A stretch of 64,000 bases of DNA from Eledone cirrhosa (GCA_964016885.1 OZ024746.1:49290001-49354000); one strand, 5' to 3'. Numbered from the stretch's first letter, positions 1-13,586 are shown. Numbers and translations: made by a program. The notes: a model not told the origin generated them from the sequence alone.

Positions 1-1200
1 ATTGTTTACGTTGTCTTTATTCGCTATATACTGCAGTTTATCTTTATGTCCAGCCCTACGTAATGCTGCGTTATAATAGTTAGCATGTTCGTTAAAGATT
101 TCTAGGTTTGAGGATAAGCGGGATATTCGAAGAGATATACTACGTGCTATGGATCCGATTATGGATTTGGGGTGGTTTGAGTCATAACTAATGTAGGCCA
201 GATTTTCATTATTTTGTGGAAAGGTTCCATTAATCCCGTATTTAGATTTAGAGTTACATCTAGAAAGTTTACCTTCTTATGGTTCAGTTCGTAGGTAATA
301 CTTAGGCCTAGTGTTTTGAAGAATGTTCTAATGTTTTTTCTTAATCTTTCCATGCTCTGGTTGTTTAAGTTCTTAGCTATAAGTAGCGTGTCGTCTCTAT
401 AAATCCCTCCTTGGAGGTTACTCAATTCCTTATGTAGGTTGTGTGCTATGAATAGCCCCACGATGTCTGTGATTTGCGCAGAGTCATTTGATCCCATTGT
501 TATATCGAAGCTGTTTATCCTATCTCTTCTTACCCAGTAGCTACTTTCAAATTTTATGATAGTCCTTCTAGCCGCTATTATTATTTCAATTTCCTCAGGG
601 GTAAGATCGGAGTTATTTTGGGAAAATATAAGCGCTTTATCTAGGGTGGCTGGGGATATGGATGCATAGTAGTCGTCTATATCAAATTGTATGAAGTTAC
701 ACGTCTCCCTATTTTGTATTTTATTGAACCATTCAATCGCCTCATTAGTATTACCCCATAAATTGATTTCTAGTTTACCCTTTATTTGTGCGATTACCCT
801 ATCTAGAATGTTCTTGCTAATTTTGCCTGTCTGACTTGGATTGGCATATTAATCTAATGGTTGGGTTTGTTTCAAAATTATTTTTGTGATCCTTCAGGTT
901 AAATGTTGGGTTGCACGGGGTTAGAGGCTCGGTCCTATCGGGAATTCCGAGTTTATTTACTATCCTGAGGCCCTCCACGTTAATGCTGGTGAGTGTAGAT
1001 TCATTTGTTTTTTTGTATTTTTATGTAGTTCACGCTGGATAAAGTTATTGTATGTGTTAAGGTCCATAGAGTATACGTTTGATGTTTTGTCTGCTTTTAC
1101 TATGATACGATACCGTTAGTGTCTTTTAGTTTTTTTAGTAGTGTATTTATGTCTTTTTGCAATTTGTTGCGATGTGTTCTTTTTTTAAATTTAGTTTCAC
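1..1200 (-). mobile_element. Penelope-like element (Naiad-type) reverse transcriptase, frameshifted relic running off the window start
   Basis: Minus-strand translation gives IVKADKTSNVY, LKDHKNNFETNPTIRLI, FIQFDIDDYYASI, FDITMGSNDSAQITD, GGIYRDD and VNFLDVTLNL. The YRDD/MGSxDS motifs match the PLE at 28837-30500. Confidence 0.85.
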
Positions 1201-1703
1201 TTATCATGTTCATAAGGTCCAGCTCTAAGGCATCGAGTTTGGCGGGTTTTTTCAGGATTTAAATCCGTAATTCTCTTTAGAAAATTCCCTTGCGTTAGTA
1301 TTCGGTACTTTGTCGAAATGGCAAGCTTTCCATCGGACCCCACTAAATTCATTAGATTTAAACCTCCATGAATCGAACCGACGTAACATAGCTTCCAACC
1401 AGGATACCCACTACTCTGCACGAATCACAACAGAAATATATTCATTAAGTACATTCTAGCCTTCTTAGTTCTATACAACACAAATGTCTGTAAGTACCTC
1501 ATCAACCCATAAACTTATCTCTTCTCAGCTGCTGTCATCGCTTGATCCTAAATCCAAGAACATTTCAAAATACTACTACAATGGAACTTTACCTTGCTCT
1601 TGCTATAATTATAGTCAGCATGTTTTCTCTTTGTATGTATGTATGTATTTGTATGAGTGTGTGTGGATATGTATGTATATGTTTGTGTGCATGTGTGTGT
1701 ATA

Positions 1704-1734
<31 letters not shown>

Positions 1735-2191
1735 TACCTCCTCAACCTCTGTATTAACTTGCCCATTATTTAGCTTTGTTAGCGTTGTTCTATACATGTA
1801 TGTTATTGAGGATGGAAAAGATAGACAGATCTCTCATCTAATATAGACCACACAACTTCTACTACAGTGATAAATGCTTCATCGGTCAGATAAAAACTAA
1901 CTATTACGGCCACCTGACCTACATTGTTTAAAAACACCGGCTTATCTTTACACTTGATATAATACACCCTACGACAGTCTTTACATGTCAATTTTATACA
2001 TCTGCTTCATGTCAGCTAGTTTTACACGCTAAAATCTTAAATATACTATAGCTAGATTGATGTTGTGATTATTTAGAATATATTATTGCTAGCATTGTTG
2101 ATATTGTTGTTATTGTTCTAACTGAATGCCATTACTACTACATATAGTAGCCTGTATATTCCTTTCATGCCTGTTCTCTTCATTCTCGCAA

Positions 2192-2297
2192 GTTCCGATG
2201 AACTGACTGGTTATAATTTTGTATTGGCGATCGAGTAACGCGAAAATAAGCGGATAGCGATCTCTAGACCTACCATTTCAGAGAAACAATTGTCAGC
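2192..2297 (+). ncRNA. Type I hammerhead-like motif with CCGAUGA core and ~70-nt stem II insertion
   Basis: gtt-CCGATGA-a-ctga...tcag-a-GAAA-caattg-TC-agc, with a palindromic stem III (acaattgt). It lies ~300 bp downstream of a degenerate GIY-YIG-like DKCFIGQIKT stretch (~1868-1897). Confidence 0.55.
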
Positions 2298-2353
2298 AAT
2301 GAGATTAAAAACCTTTTTTGTATAGCAAACCGTGTCACTCTTCTTTCCTGATT

Positions 2354-2393
<40 letters not shown>

Positions 2394-2525
2394 GTGAGGT
2401 TTTTTTTACAAAATGTAAAATAACCGAGGTGTCCTACACGAGTGAAAGTATAAAGAAAAAAAGATGAAATCGAAAATGCAACTGGAGTCTTATTTTTTTT
2501 TTAAATATATATATTTATTTGGTTC

Positions 2526-2561
2526 CTTTACCGGTTTCGCAGTTCTTCTGCTTTTCAAAAG
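2526..2561 (-). ncRNA. Minimal hammerhead ribozyme, U3-A8 core variant, in a PLE terminal remnant (~2390-2605)
   Basis: Minus strand: ctt-TTGAAAA-gcag-aagaa-ctgc-GAAA-ccgg-TA-aag. Confidence 0.7.
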
Positions 2562-2632
2562 TAGAGTTGAGATGGAGGGTCTGTGGTTTTTCTCACATAT
2601 ATACGTTATATCTATATATGCGTGTATATATA

Positions 2633-2818
2633 TTCTAGGAGAAGGCAACTCAGGAAACTGGGATAACTCCGATATAATCCCTGCGGCTCAGTGGGTATCC
2701 GATGATGTTGATCTTTTCTTCTTATCGGGTTAGAGCTACTGTCGCTCAGAGAGTGGGATTGGCTCAGTGCACAGTCTTTCCTCACTTTAAAAAATATCTT
2801 CATGCACAGGCATTGCAC
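2633..2818 (+). mobile_element. RTE-type LINE 5'-region fragment
   Basis: Begins ttctaggagaagg... and aligns by eye with 52729-52890 and (inverted) 50124-50286. Related sequence at ~6870-6930. Confidence 0.5.
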
Positions 2819-2831
2819 GATAGAATGAATT

Positions 2832-2925
2832 AATTGTTTCTACTTTAGGCACAAGGCCAGCAATTACCCAGTGCATTACTGGTACTTTATTTTATCGACC
2901 CCGTAAGGATGAAAGGCAATGTCAA
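2832..2925 (-). mobile_element. tRNA-derived SINE, 3' half
   Basis: Nearly identical to the 3' half of the copy at 5117-5303. Confidence 0.8.
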
Positions 2926-2984
2926 ATTAATAATTATTAATAATGGTATATCGTGCAATGGCCATACTCGATAACGAGGGGGAA

Positions 2985-3233
<249 letters not shown>

Positions 3234-3259
3234 TATATACATTATATATATATACAAGC

Positions 3260-3299
<40 letters not shown>

Positions 3300-3304
3300 G
3301 CCTT

Positions 3305-3364
3305 GTCCGACGAACGAATGAGGACGTTTTTCGTATTCGTCTTATTCGGGAAACCTCTGGTAAT
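3305..3364 (+). ncRNA. Hammerhead-like motif with CCGACGA core and long stem II
   Basis: gt-CCGACGA-a-cgaatgaggacg...cgtcttattcg-g-GAAA-cctctgg-TA-at. It sits in a ~160-bp island between (TA)n tracts. Confidence 0.5.
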
Positions 3365-3458
3365 GTATTGTTTATTATACATTAAATTTTGCTCTTGTAC
3401 TTAGATAGACCACTCTTCACTCCTATGACTTTTTCAATTTTCAACGGAAACTTCAATA

Positions 3459-3504
<46 letters not shown>

Positions 3505-4139
3505 GACAGGGGGGAAGAACAAAAAATGGTTTCACTTGTGCTTTCAACAAATTTATTTTCTTCACAAAATCCCAAAAGAATTTTTTTCCAGATTAGAAAC
3601 ACACAGATAATTTATAGCAGACGCCAAGCACCCAACCTTAAAAAACTAATTACCAAGGCAAAATTTACGACCAACATGGAATCAATGCAAGTGACGAAAT
3701 GCAGGGACCCTAGATGTGGAACCTGTGAACTCATCGAAGAGGGCAAACAGTTGTCCTTCAAAAACCATGATAATTTCAAGGTCAATGCAAACATGAACTG
3801 CAAAACGAAAAACCTAATATATTGCGCAACATGTCCACAGTGTAAAGAGTAATACATTGGGGAAACCGGAACGGGATTACATGATAGAGTCCGGGTACAT
3901 AAACAACAAATTAAAGACCCCACAATCAGAAATACAACATGTAGCGCACACTTTGCATCATGCAGGAAGGGAAAATTCACAATCTTCCCTTTCTTCAAGA
4001 TATGGTCGGATAACGAACATTTCCGCAGATATAAAGAAGAATTCTTCATTGAAAAATTTAAACCACTACTGAACACGAAAAAATGAATTAACACTCTGAG
4101 GTAAAATTCCATTTCACTACCACCCCCCCCCCCCTCTTC

Positions 4140-4358
4140 TTATGTGTACACATGAATATCTGAGTGAACGGTGAGACACACACATATATGTGTGTAGGTA
4201 TGTATGGATGTATGTACGTGTGGGTCTATATGTATGTGGGTGTGTGTATGTGTGTATATATATGTATGGATGTGTGTATGTTTCTATGTGTGTGTGTATA
4301 TATATATATATATGTGTGTGTATGTGTGTATATATATGTATATGTATGTATATGTTTG

Positions 4359-4408
<50 letters not shown>

Positions 4409-4580
4409 TATAGATGTATCTATGTATATGTGTGTATGTATGTGCATATGTGTATATATGTGTGTACATATATGTATGTTTCTGTATGTGTATATATATA
4501 TATATATATGTATGTATATATGTGTCTTTATGTGCTTGTGTGTACACATATATATATATATGTGTGTATGTATGTGTGTG

Positions 4581-4623
<43 letters not shown>

Positions 4624-4652
4624 GTATGTGTGTATGTATGTATTTGTATGTG

Positions 4653-4711
<59 letters not shown>

Positions 4712-5090
4712 ATGCATGTATGTGTGAACGGAGGTATATATACGGACATATGTATATGTGTGTGTGTGTGCGTGTATGTGTACACGTGTGTGTGTGTGTG
4801 TATGTATGTGTGCGTGTATGTGTATATATGTATATTTAGTTATGTATCTTTATGTTTGTATATGTATGTATATGTATTTATGTATATATATATACCCATG
4901 TGGAGGAATGAGTACATATTCGTGTGTGTACGTATGTGTATATGTGTTTTTATGTGTGTCTTTATATGTTTTTATGTATGTATGTGGATGTATATGTACA
5001 TAGGTGTGTGATTGATGGTGTGTGCCTATATATTCCTACATATGCCCGTGTGTGTATGTACGTATATACGCACATATATGTGTGTGTTGA
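4140..5090. repeat. Compound (TA)/(TG)/(TATG) low-complexity microsatellite
   Basis: Direct inspection. Confidence 0.95.
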
Positions 5091-5116
5091 ACAAAGGACT
5101 AATTCTTCAGAAAAAA

Positions 5117-5303
5117 ATAATTGTTTCTACTTTAGGCACAAGGCCAGCAATTACCCAGTGCATTACTGGTACTTTATTTTATCGACCCCGTAAGGATGAA
5201 AGGCAAAGTCAACCTCGGCGGGATTTGAACTCAGATCGTAAAGGGACGTAACTATGCTGGAAAGCATGACGTCCGACCCTCTACCGATACTGCCAATCCA
5301 CCA
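5117..5303 (-). mobile_element. Full-length tRNA-derived SINE with target-site duplication
   Basis: Minus strand has an A-box (tggcagtatcgg) and a B-box (gagttcaaatcc). Flanks repeat tcttcagaaaaaaataattgttt at 5104-5126 and 5305-5327. Confidence 0.9.
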
Positions 5304-5844
5304 TCTTCAGAAAAAAATAATTGTTTACAAACTTGGCAGGTGCGGTTTGCCACTGAATAAAGGAATTTTTCGAGAATGACCGGGGCAGGCCGCACTTGCT
5401 ACATTTCTCCCCACCCAACCCTACTCACCATCTCAACTCATTACTGCTATTAACACTTTTTCAACACACCTACACCCCTACACTTATTAAAGGGGGAGGA
5501 GAAAAAAAAACCCACCACACCACAGACATGTTAAATCTCTATATATAGAACAACACACCACATACACATCAGTTTGACAAGCGCACCTCAGCGTGAAAGG
5601 TCGTTCTAAAAACGAAACAATACCTCCTACGTTAACCAAGAACTCCTCAGACCTAACCAACAACCAACAACTTAATTTATAAAATAATTCTTTTAAGAAT
5701 AAATTTTTTCTAATCCTGAAAAAAATTATTTTTGGATTTTGTGAAGAAAATAAATTTGTTGAAAGCACAAGTGAAGCCATTTTTTTTATTTTTTTCTTCC
5801 CCCTGTCTTAATATACCTAACTGTACCAAGGATTACACACATTT

Positions 5845-5892
<48 letters not shown>

Positions 5893-5894
<2 letters not shown>

Positions 5895-6515
5895 GAACAT
5901 GCCAGACAACAACACGATGGTAACATAGACAACATAGAAATTAGAATAATATCTAAACATAGAAATGACCCAGCAGATAGGCAAATCAGAGAGGCCAGTG
6001 AAATAGAACTTAGAAGGCCAAGGCTAAACAGAAAGAATGAATGGAATAACAACACCCAAATAAACAACATTGACCTAAGAGAAGTATAAATAAATAAATA
6101 GATAAATAAATAAATAAATACATACACAAGCACAATAACAACAAATACAGATAAACACACACTAGTAAAGATAGAATACATTAACCAATACACAGTCACA
6201 AATAAATAAATATATCAACAGACTAAATAAAGATGGCGTAGAAAATACAATGCAACGGGAGGAAACAATAGCACCACTGACGATGTTGCAGATGTGCAAT
6301 GAAAGAACTTTGATCAACTATATATATGTGTTTGTGTCTATATTGTATCTGTATTATTTTTGACCGTTGGTCAGTCAATGGCAACATTGAGGACCGAATA
6401 TATTAGATTACCGATATAAAAGACACAGAAGCGAAAAGCGAAAACCAACCAAACAGTGAGTGTGTTCAGTTATTAATTCTGGCAATATTACACAAATATG
6501 ACCCTCCCCAGGTAT

Positions 6516-6521
<6 letters not shown>
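5893..6521 (+). mobile_element. PLE 3' fragment (GIY-YIG C-terminus + pLTR), relative of the 14052-15626 element
   Basis: HDGNIDNIEIRIISKHRNDPADRQIREASEIELRRPRLNRKNEW aligns to the C-terminus of ORF 14165-15223. It shares the 3' end atgaccctccc..gtataacaat. Confidence 0.75.
6273..6314 (+). ncRNA. Minimal type I hammerhead ribozyme (PLE-associated)
   Basis: acca-CTGACGA-t-gttgca-gatg-tgcaat-GAAA-gaac-TT-tgat. Confidence 0.7.
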
Positions 6522-6581
<60 letters not shown>

Positions 6582-7906
6582 ATACATACATATGCATATA
6601 TAGTGTCAGGCTGCTCTTCAGCGCTACTGGCAACGTGTAACCCAGTACAACCTGTGCATAGTCGAGTTGTCGGTGACTAAACCGGCAACCCTAACAAAGA
6701 AGGTGATTTTAGAAACCCTATGGGATGAAAACAAGACCCGCCAAAGGACGGAGTATCTTAGGAGAGTCAACGGTCATTCAATAAAGATTTCTTTTTTCTG
6801 GAGCGACAGACTCGTTTGCATCCAATAATATAGTCGACCAGTTCTTTTTAGGTAAATGCATTCGATGTTGAGAGAGTAGGATTGGCCCCGTGCAAAGCCT
6901 TTCCTCACTTAAAAAAGCTTCAAGCTCAGACACGGCTTGATTTCGTGCGATGCATGGCGTGGCTAACAATAAGCAAGTCTCTACCAGAATTAAAAGCCAT
7001 CTCCGTGATGTTCATGCTTAAGTATCAAGCGATGGCATGAGTCGAAATCGAGTAATGCCATCGAAGTCAACGTTGTCTTTCATTCATTTAAGGTCAATAA
7101 AAAGTCCCACTCTAGTACTGGGGTAGATTCTTCCTCTATATCTCTTTCTCACTTCCCTTCTTTCACTTTCAATCCTTCCTAGGAAGAAATCTGCAGTATT
7201 CAGATGGGCTCCATCAGGTTTTAAAGAAATACTATGATACGTGCAAAACGGCTGAAGCCGATCATCTCTGATAGTGACGTAAAATTGTTCTTTTCACGCC
7301 TCGCTGAGTTTAATTTTCATCTTTTATTCAATTGATTCTTTATTATATAAGAAAAATAGTATAAGACTTTTTAAATTCCAGTAAGTATATTTCACTCCCA
7401 TATAGAAGTAAACTGCTTTAATAAGTATAGTTTTCAGTCATCAATTACTAAGGCCTCGCGAGCGAAATATACGCCTTTCCGCATTCGGCAGAGTTATGAA
7501 GCGAGATGTAAATCTACAGGTCTCTACTTTGATTGACGAAGAAAAGAATACGATTACTTAAGAGTTGATTTACTCGGAGAGCGCAGCCTTTTAATGCACA
7601 ATTCATTAAATAAGCTAACACTAACGTAACTGATTATCTAATTCTATTTGCTCGTGTACATTTATAAATGACTTTTAACGACTGGGATTAATTTTCTTTT
7701 GTAAATATTTTATACTGTTGTCCAGCCTGTTTTGTAGAGGATGTTTTGACTTACACACGCGTAACATATTTGTAACTGTATCTTAGCAACCGCTTTTGTA
7801 CCGTTGAAATAGAGAATTCTGCCCTTATTGCTTTTAATTAGCTGCTAATGAATTACTAAATAAAATTCACTAGAGAGATTTAGTTACAATTCTGGGCGGA
7901 ACGTGT

Positions 7907-8210
<304 letters not shown>

Positions 8211-8657
8211 ATGTATTTATATATATATATATATATATACATGCAGACGTAGCATGCCCGAAAGTTTCAGAGATTCTATTCGCAATCATCAGATCCCAAG
8301 TACGATCCTACTTAGCGGCATCTTGGGAAAGTATCGTTTCCTACAGTCTCGAGTCCACTAATACCTCTTGAATGAAATCGTGTTGACAGAAACTGTTTAG
8401 AAGCCCATTGAATAGATTTTTCCAGTAATCCAATGGTCCAGCATTTTGTCCCACACTGTCACATTCAATCTACTCGAGAATCACATTGAACGTACATCTA
8501 GGACCTTTTAAGAATTAGACATGAGCATTTGATGGAACCCTCAGAAAAGACGAATATCTGCTAAGTAACATGCCTACCAAATCAATGTTGTTATATTTGA
8601 AATAAAGTAGCAAAGTTTCAGCCAATTTATTTATAGTAGAAATGAAATATAGTCATA

Positions 8658-8868
8658 TACAGGATGAGCATAAAGTCTTTCCACACTGAGCTTTTTGTTT
8701 CATAGATGCCATCTTGTTACTGAAAATTACAACTACTTTCTGTAAAAGAGAAAATGTACATGTTCAGAAAATCTTTGAAATTGAAATTCATAAATCAATA
8801 CAATGAAAAAGTAAAATTCCTAGATATGGTATTTTATAATCAGGGAAAGACTTTATGATTACCCTATA
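8658..8868. mobile_element. Tc1/mariner-type MITE
   Basis: Imperfect ~25-bp TIRs tacaggatgagcataaagtctttcc / gggaaagactttatgattaccctata, with TA flanks. Confidence 0.75.
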
Positions 8869-9842
8869 AATCCAAATCTCGTGTTAAAGAAGTATAGGGA
8901 TGCCACGAAGGTTGTGGTTGAGTAATAACAAGGACTAGATAAAGAGAAATGATAGAAGAGAGAGGCTGTATCTCTTTCTGTGTTATTATAGTCTTCTTAG
9001 AATAGATATGTTATTGAGCGATTGAGAATTGAAAGGAATTTTATGAACAGAAACTCTAATTTTTGCGGTGAACTCTGATCTGTACAACGAATACACTACT
9101 GAAATATTTTCTGGGGCTTGTTCTCGGTTCATTTGCTGTCATTCAACATATGTCAGAGAATGTTACATTCTTGGTGACTGACAAGTTTGCTTATATGACA
9201 ACGAGTTTCTAACTATTACATTTCAATTGCTACACTCCAATTCATTGAAGGCAACAGAACCATTATTACACAACACAGGGAAGGCCACAAGCATACAAGG
9301 GTGTTGACAGATGATCGTTCAACATGCTAGATATTACTGTTATATTCCCTTTAAAGTTTCGTCTAAAAAAAGGGCATACTGGAAAATATACTTCCTGATA
9401 TATTAAATTGAACCGTAGAGTACTGACTGGAACTTTTTATCAAAGCCTTCTTCCATCAGTGCTGGCATGAGGCTAAACAACCTGACAAGCCGTCAGCAAA
9501 TATATCAATAACATTTATTTATAATGAAGAGATATTAGTGAACAGATGGATAAAATAGACACGAAAAAATAGAAACAAGTTATCAGGGACACGTTGTCAA
9601 ATCAACAAATTGGCCGAATCAATAGACTGCTTTTTCATACGGTTCTTACGGTTAATACAAGCCAACAAAGTTGTTGCTCTGTAATCGTACCATCTACTAG
9701 AACTGGCAGTCAAATCTCCCTCAAAGAATTATCTAGTATCTTTTAAAAAGGTCGTATTGGATAATGGAGTGTGGTTTTAGCACCTTTGATTAGGTATGCA
9801 TGTGAGTATGCATGTGTACCTTTGTGTATACACTTGTGCGTA

Positions 9843-9938
<96 letters not shown>

Positions 9939-9953
9939 TGTGTGTGTGTGTGT

Positions 9954-10011
<58 letters not shown>

Positions 10012-10015
<4 letters not shown>

Positions 10016-10253
10016 TATCCAGCGTAGTCTGCGCTGTCGGAGCAGGGTAAACATCCAGGGAAGGCTGGCACGAATAAGGACCTCGGCGTTGGGCACTCTG
10101 TCCTGCCAGGATATACCCAGGATTCCGCGTAGGCTTCTCAGATTGGAGGTGTTGAGTCACCTCTCCTAACTACCATATGGCGACCATGTCTCACTGCCAT
10201 ACAGCAGTGTGCCGATGACACAGGCATTGTATACAGCCATCTTGGTCTTTACC

Positions 10254-10254
<1 letters not shown>
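10012..10254 (-). mobile_element. RTE/BovB-like LINE, RT C-terminal fragment
   Basis: KTKMAVYNACVIGTLLYGSETW...ILGISWQDRVPNAEVL...LRQRRLRWIGH, with stops and frameshifts. Confidence 0.85.
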
Positions 10255-10338
<84 letters not shown>

Positions 10339-10470
10339 AGAAAGTATGACCCCGACGGCAGAGCTCAAGCCGTTTCGACGGCTATTTCACCTATTACCCA
10401 CTCTACTACCCTAAGTATTGAGTACTCTGGTGTGTTATGGTCCATCTGGTTCCGTATCACAACTCCTTAG

Positions 10471-10524
<54 letters not shown>

Positions 10525-10785
10525 ATGTGTGTATATATATTATATATATGTAAGCTTTCTACATTCACATGATTTATTGATTTATTGATATTTTATCTGA
10601 GTGACCCGAATCTTCCTGATCGTAATTTTTCGGTCGTATGGTTGATTTTAGACATAATCTATGTGTGTTGGTATTTTAACGATAGTTATAGCTCTGATTT
10701 ATCTGAATTATTGAGCCCTCTGCCACTCATGTCGAATTTTGTTTATCGTGAACTCGTGCGCCGATTTTTCGATACTCGATTATTC

Positions 10786-10821
<36 letters not shown>

Positions 10822-11131
10822 ATTTCTATACTTTTCATTTATACTTATACTCGGATTCTTTTCCTAGAGTGCTTAAATTATCTGCGACAAATCCCGGTTT
10901 TTTTATAAAAACTGTGATAATATTGCTATTTGCTGAACTCCTTTTGTAGAGTTTTTTTCAGAATGTATTTGACTGTTATTTCTTGTAAATAAACATTCAT
11001 TTTCATCTTGACGTCACTAGCCCCGTTTTTCCTCATGTGCGTTTTTCATAATCACGCATGATGGTGAACTAGCCAGTTTTAGAATTCCCTTTTTGGCTTA
11101 TAATTCTGTGGTAGCCCTGGTTATCTGTTGA

Positions 11132-11211
11132 GCTCTGCTGACGATTGAAATCCAACCGTGACCATCTCCACTGAAAGTTTTCATGAAATAGTCTTTAAGA
11201 CTATACAGAGC
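11132..11211 (+). ncRNA. Full-length type I hammerhead ribozyme
   Basis: gctctg-CTGACGA-ttgaaa...tttcat-GAAA-tagtc-tttaa-gacta-TA-cagagc. Stem I is 6 bp and stem III is 5 bp. Predicted cleavage is after 11205 (AUA). Confidence 0.85.
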
Positions 11212-11756
11212 ATTTGATGTTTCTCCAAATTGAAGGATAAGTATTTTAAACTTTATTTTATCATGAGTTAAGAGTCTACTGATTTTTCCCTGGATTTCAC
11301 TAAATTATGTGGATGAATTTGTATCCTGATTCTCTTTTGAGATGAGTTTGAATTATTTTTCCTAAATCTTACGTTAACTACTTTTCCCATCTTGACGACA
11401 TAGTCGCATATATGTTATAGAATACTATTACCGTCTCTCTAAAACAATTTCTATACTTTTCATTTATACTTATACTCGGATTCTTTTCCTAGAGTGCTTA
11501 AATTATCTGTGACTAATCACGGTTTTTTTATAAAAACTGTGATAATATTGCTATTTGCTGAACTCCTTTTGTAGAGTTTTTTTCAGAATGTATTTGACTG
11601 TTATTTCTTGTAAATAAACATTCATTTTCATCCTGACGTCACTAGCCCCGTTTTTCCTCATATGCGTTTTTCATAATCACGCATGATGGTGAATTAGCCA
11701 GTTTTAGAATTCCCTTTTTGGCTTATAATTCTGTGGTAGCCCTGGTTATCTGTTGA

Positions 11757-11836
11757 GCTCTGCTGACGATTGAAATCCAACCGTGACCATCTCCACTGAA
11801 AGTTTTCATGAAATAGTCTTTAAGACTATACAGAGC
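11757..11836 (+). ncRNA. Full-length type I hammerhead ribozyme (second monomer)
   Basis: Identical to 11132-11211. Predicted cleavage is after 11830, 625 nt downstream of the first site. Confidence 0.85.
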
Positions 11837-12093
11837 ATTTGATGTTTTTCCAAATTGAAGGATAAGTATTTTAAACTTTATTTTATCATGAGTTAAGGGT
11901 CTACTGATTTTTCCCTGGATTTCACTAAATTCTGTGGATGAATTTGTATCCTGATTCTCTTTTGAGATGAGTTTGAATTATTTTTCCTAAATCTTACGTT
12001 AACTACTTTTCCCATCTTGACGACATAGTCGCATATATGTTATAGAATACTGTTAGCTTCTCGCTAAAACAATTTCTATACTTTTCATTTATA

Positions 12094-12124
<31 letters not shown>

Positions 12125-12150
12125 ATATATAATATATATATATATAATAT

Positions 12151-12240
<90 letters not shown>

Positions 12241-12241
<1 letters not shown>

Positions 12242-13098
12242 CCCCACTTGCCGATTTTGCAATGGGTAACCCCTGCTTGCCAAGGGAGACGTAAGATCTT
12301 CTTTTTATTCTTTTATCGCTTCCTTTATTTCCTTCCCCCATCTCTCCTTAGTCCTTCTACCCCAGCTCTTCTCCTTTGTCGGCGTCTTTTCTCGCCCACC
12401 CGAGGCTGCCCTTTGGTCCCTTGTAGCCTTAGTACCCCCACCCCCTCCCCTAGTCTATGATAGATTTGGCGGACTCCGCCTTTTATAGCAGTTGGTTTAG
12501 ACCCCGGATACTTGCCCCCTTTTTCCGACCGCTCCCACTATTCTCCGTGCCTTCTATATTTCTTAGTGGCACTTATGCCTTATTTTTTCGTTTCAGTATT
12601 TCTTTCTTCGCTTTTCTTTTGGGCGGGGTGGATTCTGAATTTATTTTTCCGTATTCTACCTTTACTTCGTACGAACTTTCATGTAGCTTGTTTTAGATCT
12701 TTTAGAGTTAGCATTAGTATATATTTTTTTCCGGGACTCAGAATTATTATCTCGTACTAGTTCACTTTGCTGCACTGGGTGGTTGCTGGCATTGTGCCCG
12801 GGATAGAAACCTTTATTATTTATTTCGTGGTAGTCTCTTTAGTATTTTGGCTCCTTTTGTTGACCCGTCACCGTATCATTTACGTACTTATACCTCTTAA
12901 AAGGGTCCTTGCCTATCCGTCCCACCTAGTTCTTTTACTTATTTCGTTATTTCTTTATTTCTTTCTTTACTTCTTTCTTTCTTTATTTATTTATTTATTC
13001 TAGCCTAACAATAGCTAGAGACCTAGGTCGTAGAACTTGCTTTACTTTTTTTTTGTTTCTTTTTTTTTTCTTTTTTTTTCTTTTTTTTTCTTTTTTTT

Positions 13099-13130
<32 letters not shown>

Positions 13131-13526
13131 TCTTTTTCTTTACACTTATTCGCTTTTCTTCACTCTCAGTATTTTTTCTTTCATATATATTTTTACCCCC
13201 CATTGTTCTACCTACCGTTCCGACTTCCTCCCCCTCCCCCTCCCCAGTATCTTCTTTGACCTCATGCCCAGCTGTAGCTGGCGCTACCAACGCTTGATTG
13301 GGTCTACTCCACCCCCTCCCCTCTTTCTCCTACTGGCAGGTTTAGCCACCATCTCCTCTACTAATTTGCAATCACAGAATTACTACTGATTTTTGACAAT
13401 CACTTTGACCATATATGGAATTACCCCTAGAGAAGATCGGCTATTTAAATACCAGGATAAATTTTCATTTAGTCCAGAATTAGCCGTCGAAACGGCTTGA
13501 GCTCAGCTGTCGGGGTCTTACTGGTT

Positions 13527-13530
<4 letters not shown>
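12241..13530 (+). mobile_element. Probable PLE 3' region (long pyrimidine-rich tail ending in a hammerhead-like terminus)
   Basis: Bounded by (TA)n. Ends with gatcggctatt...aattagccgtc-GAAA-cggcttgag, shared with the 8025-8210 family. The architecture resembles the tail of the 27550-30500 PLE. Confidence 0.4.

Positions 13531-13586
<56 letters not shown>

Larger units (their letters stand above)
3501..5850 (+). mobile_element. 5'-truncated Neptune-like PLE (Cys linker + GIY-YIG) with an inverted terminal segment
   Basis: 3590-4086 encodes KCRDPRCGTC...NCKTKNLIYCATCPQCKE*YIGET...RVRVHKQQI...EEFFIEKFKPLLN. 3501-3590 is the reverse complement of ~5720-5812. The 3' region contains microsatellite and a SINE insertion. 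Confidence 0.8.
10817..12092 (+). mobile_element. Tandem ~625-bp repeat (two monomers + partial) carrying one hammerhead per unit; candidate non-LTR retrozyme
   Basis: Unit start aaaacaatttctatac recurs at 10817, 11441 and ~12066. Near-identical units are flanked by (TA)n, with HHRs at 11132-11211 and 11757-11836. Confidence 0.85.

Noticed and set aside
5738-5780. GTGAAGA...GAAA motif in the PLE terminus
   Set aside because: The position-3 change is not compensated and there is no UH site; treated as degenerate.
10817-12092. Second, antisense ribozyme (ambisense viroid-like arrangement) or CRISPR-like array
   Set aside because: No complete HHR core was found by eye on the opposite strand. 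The units are whole tandem copies without repeat-spacer structure.
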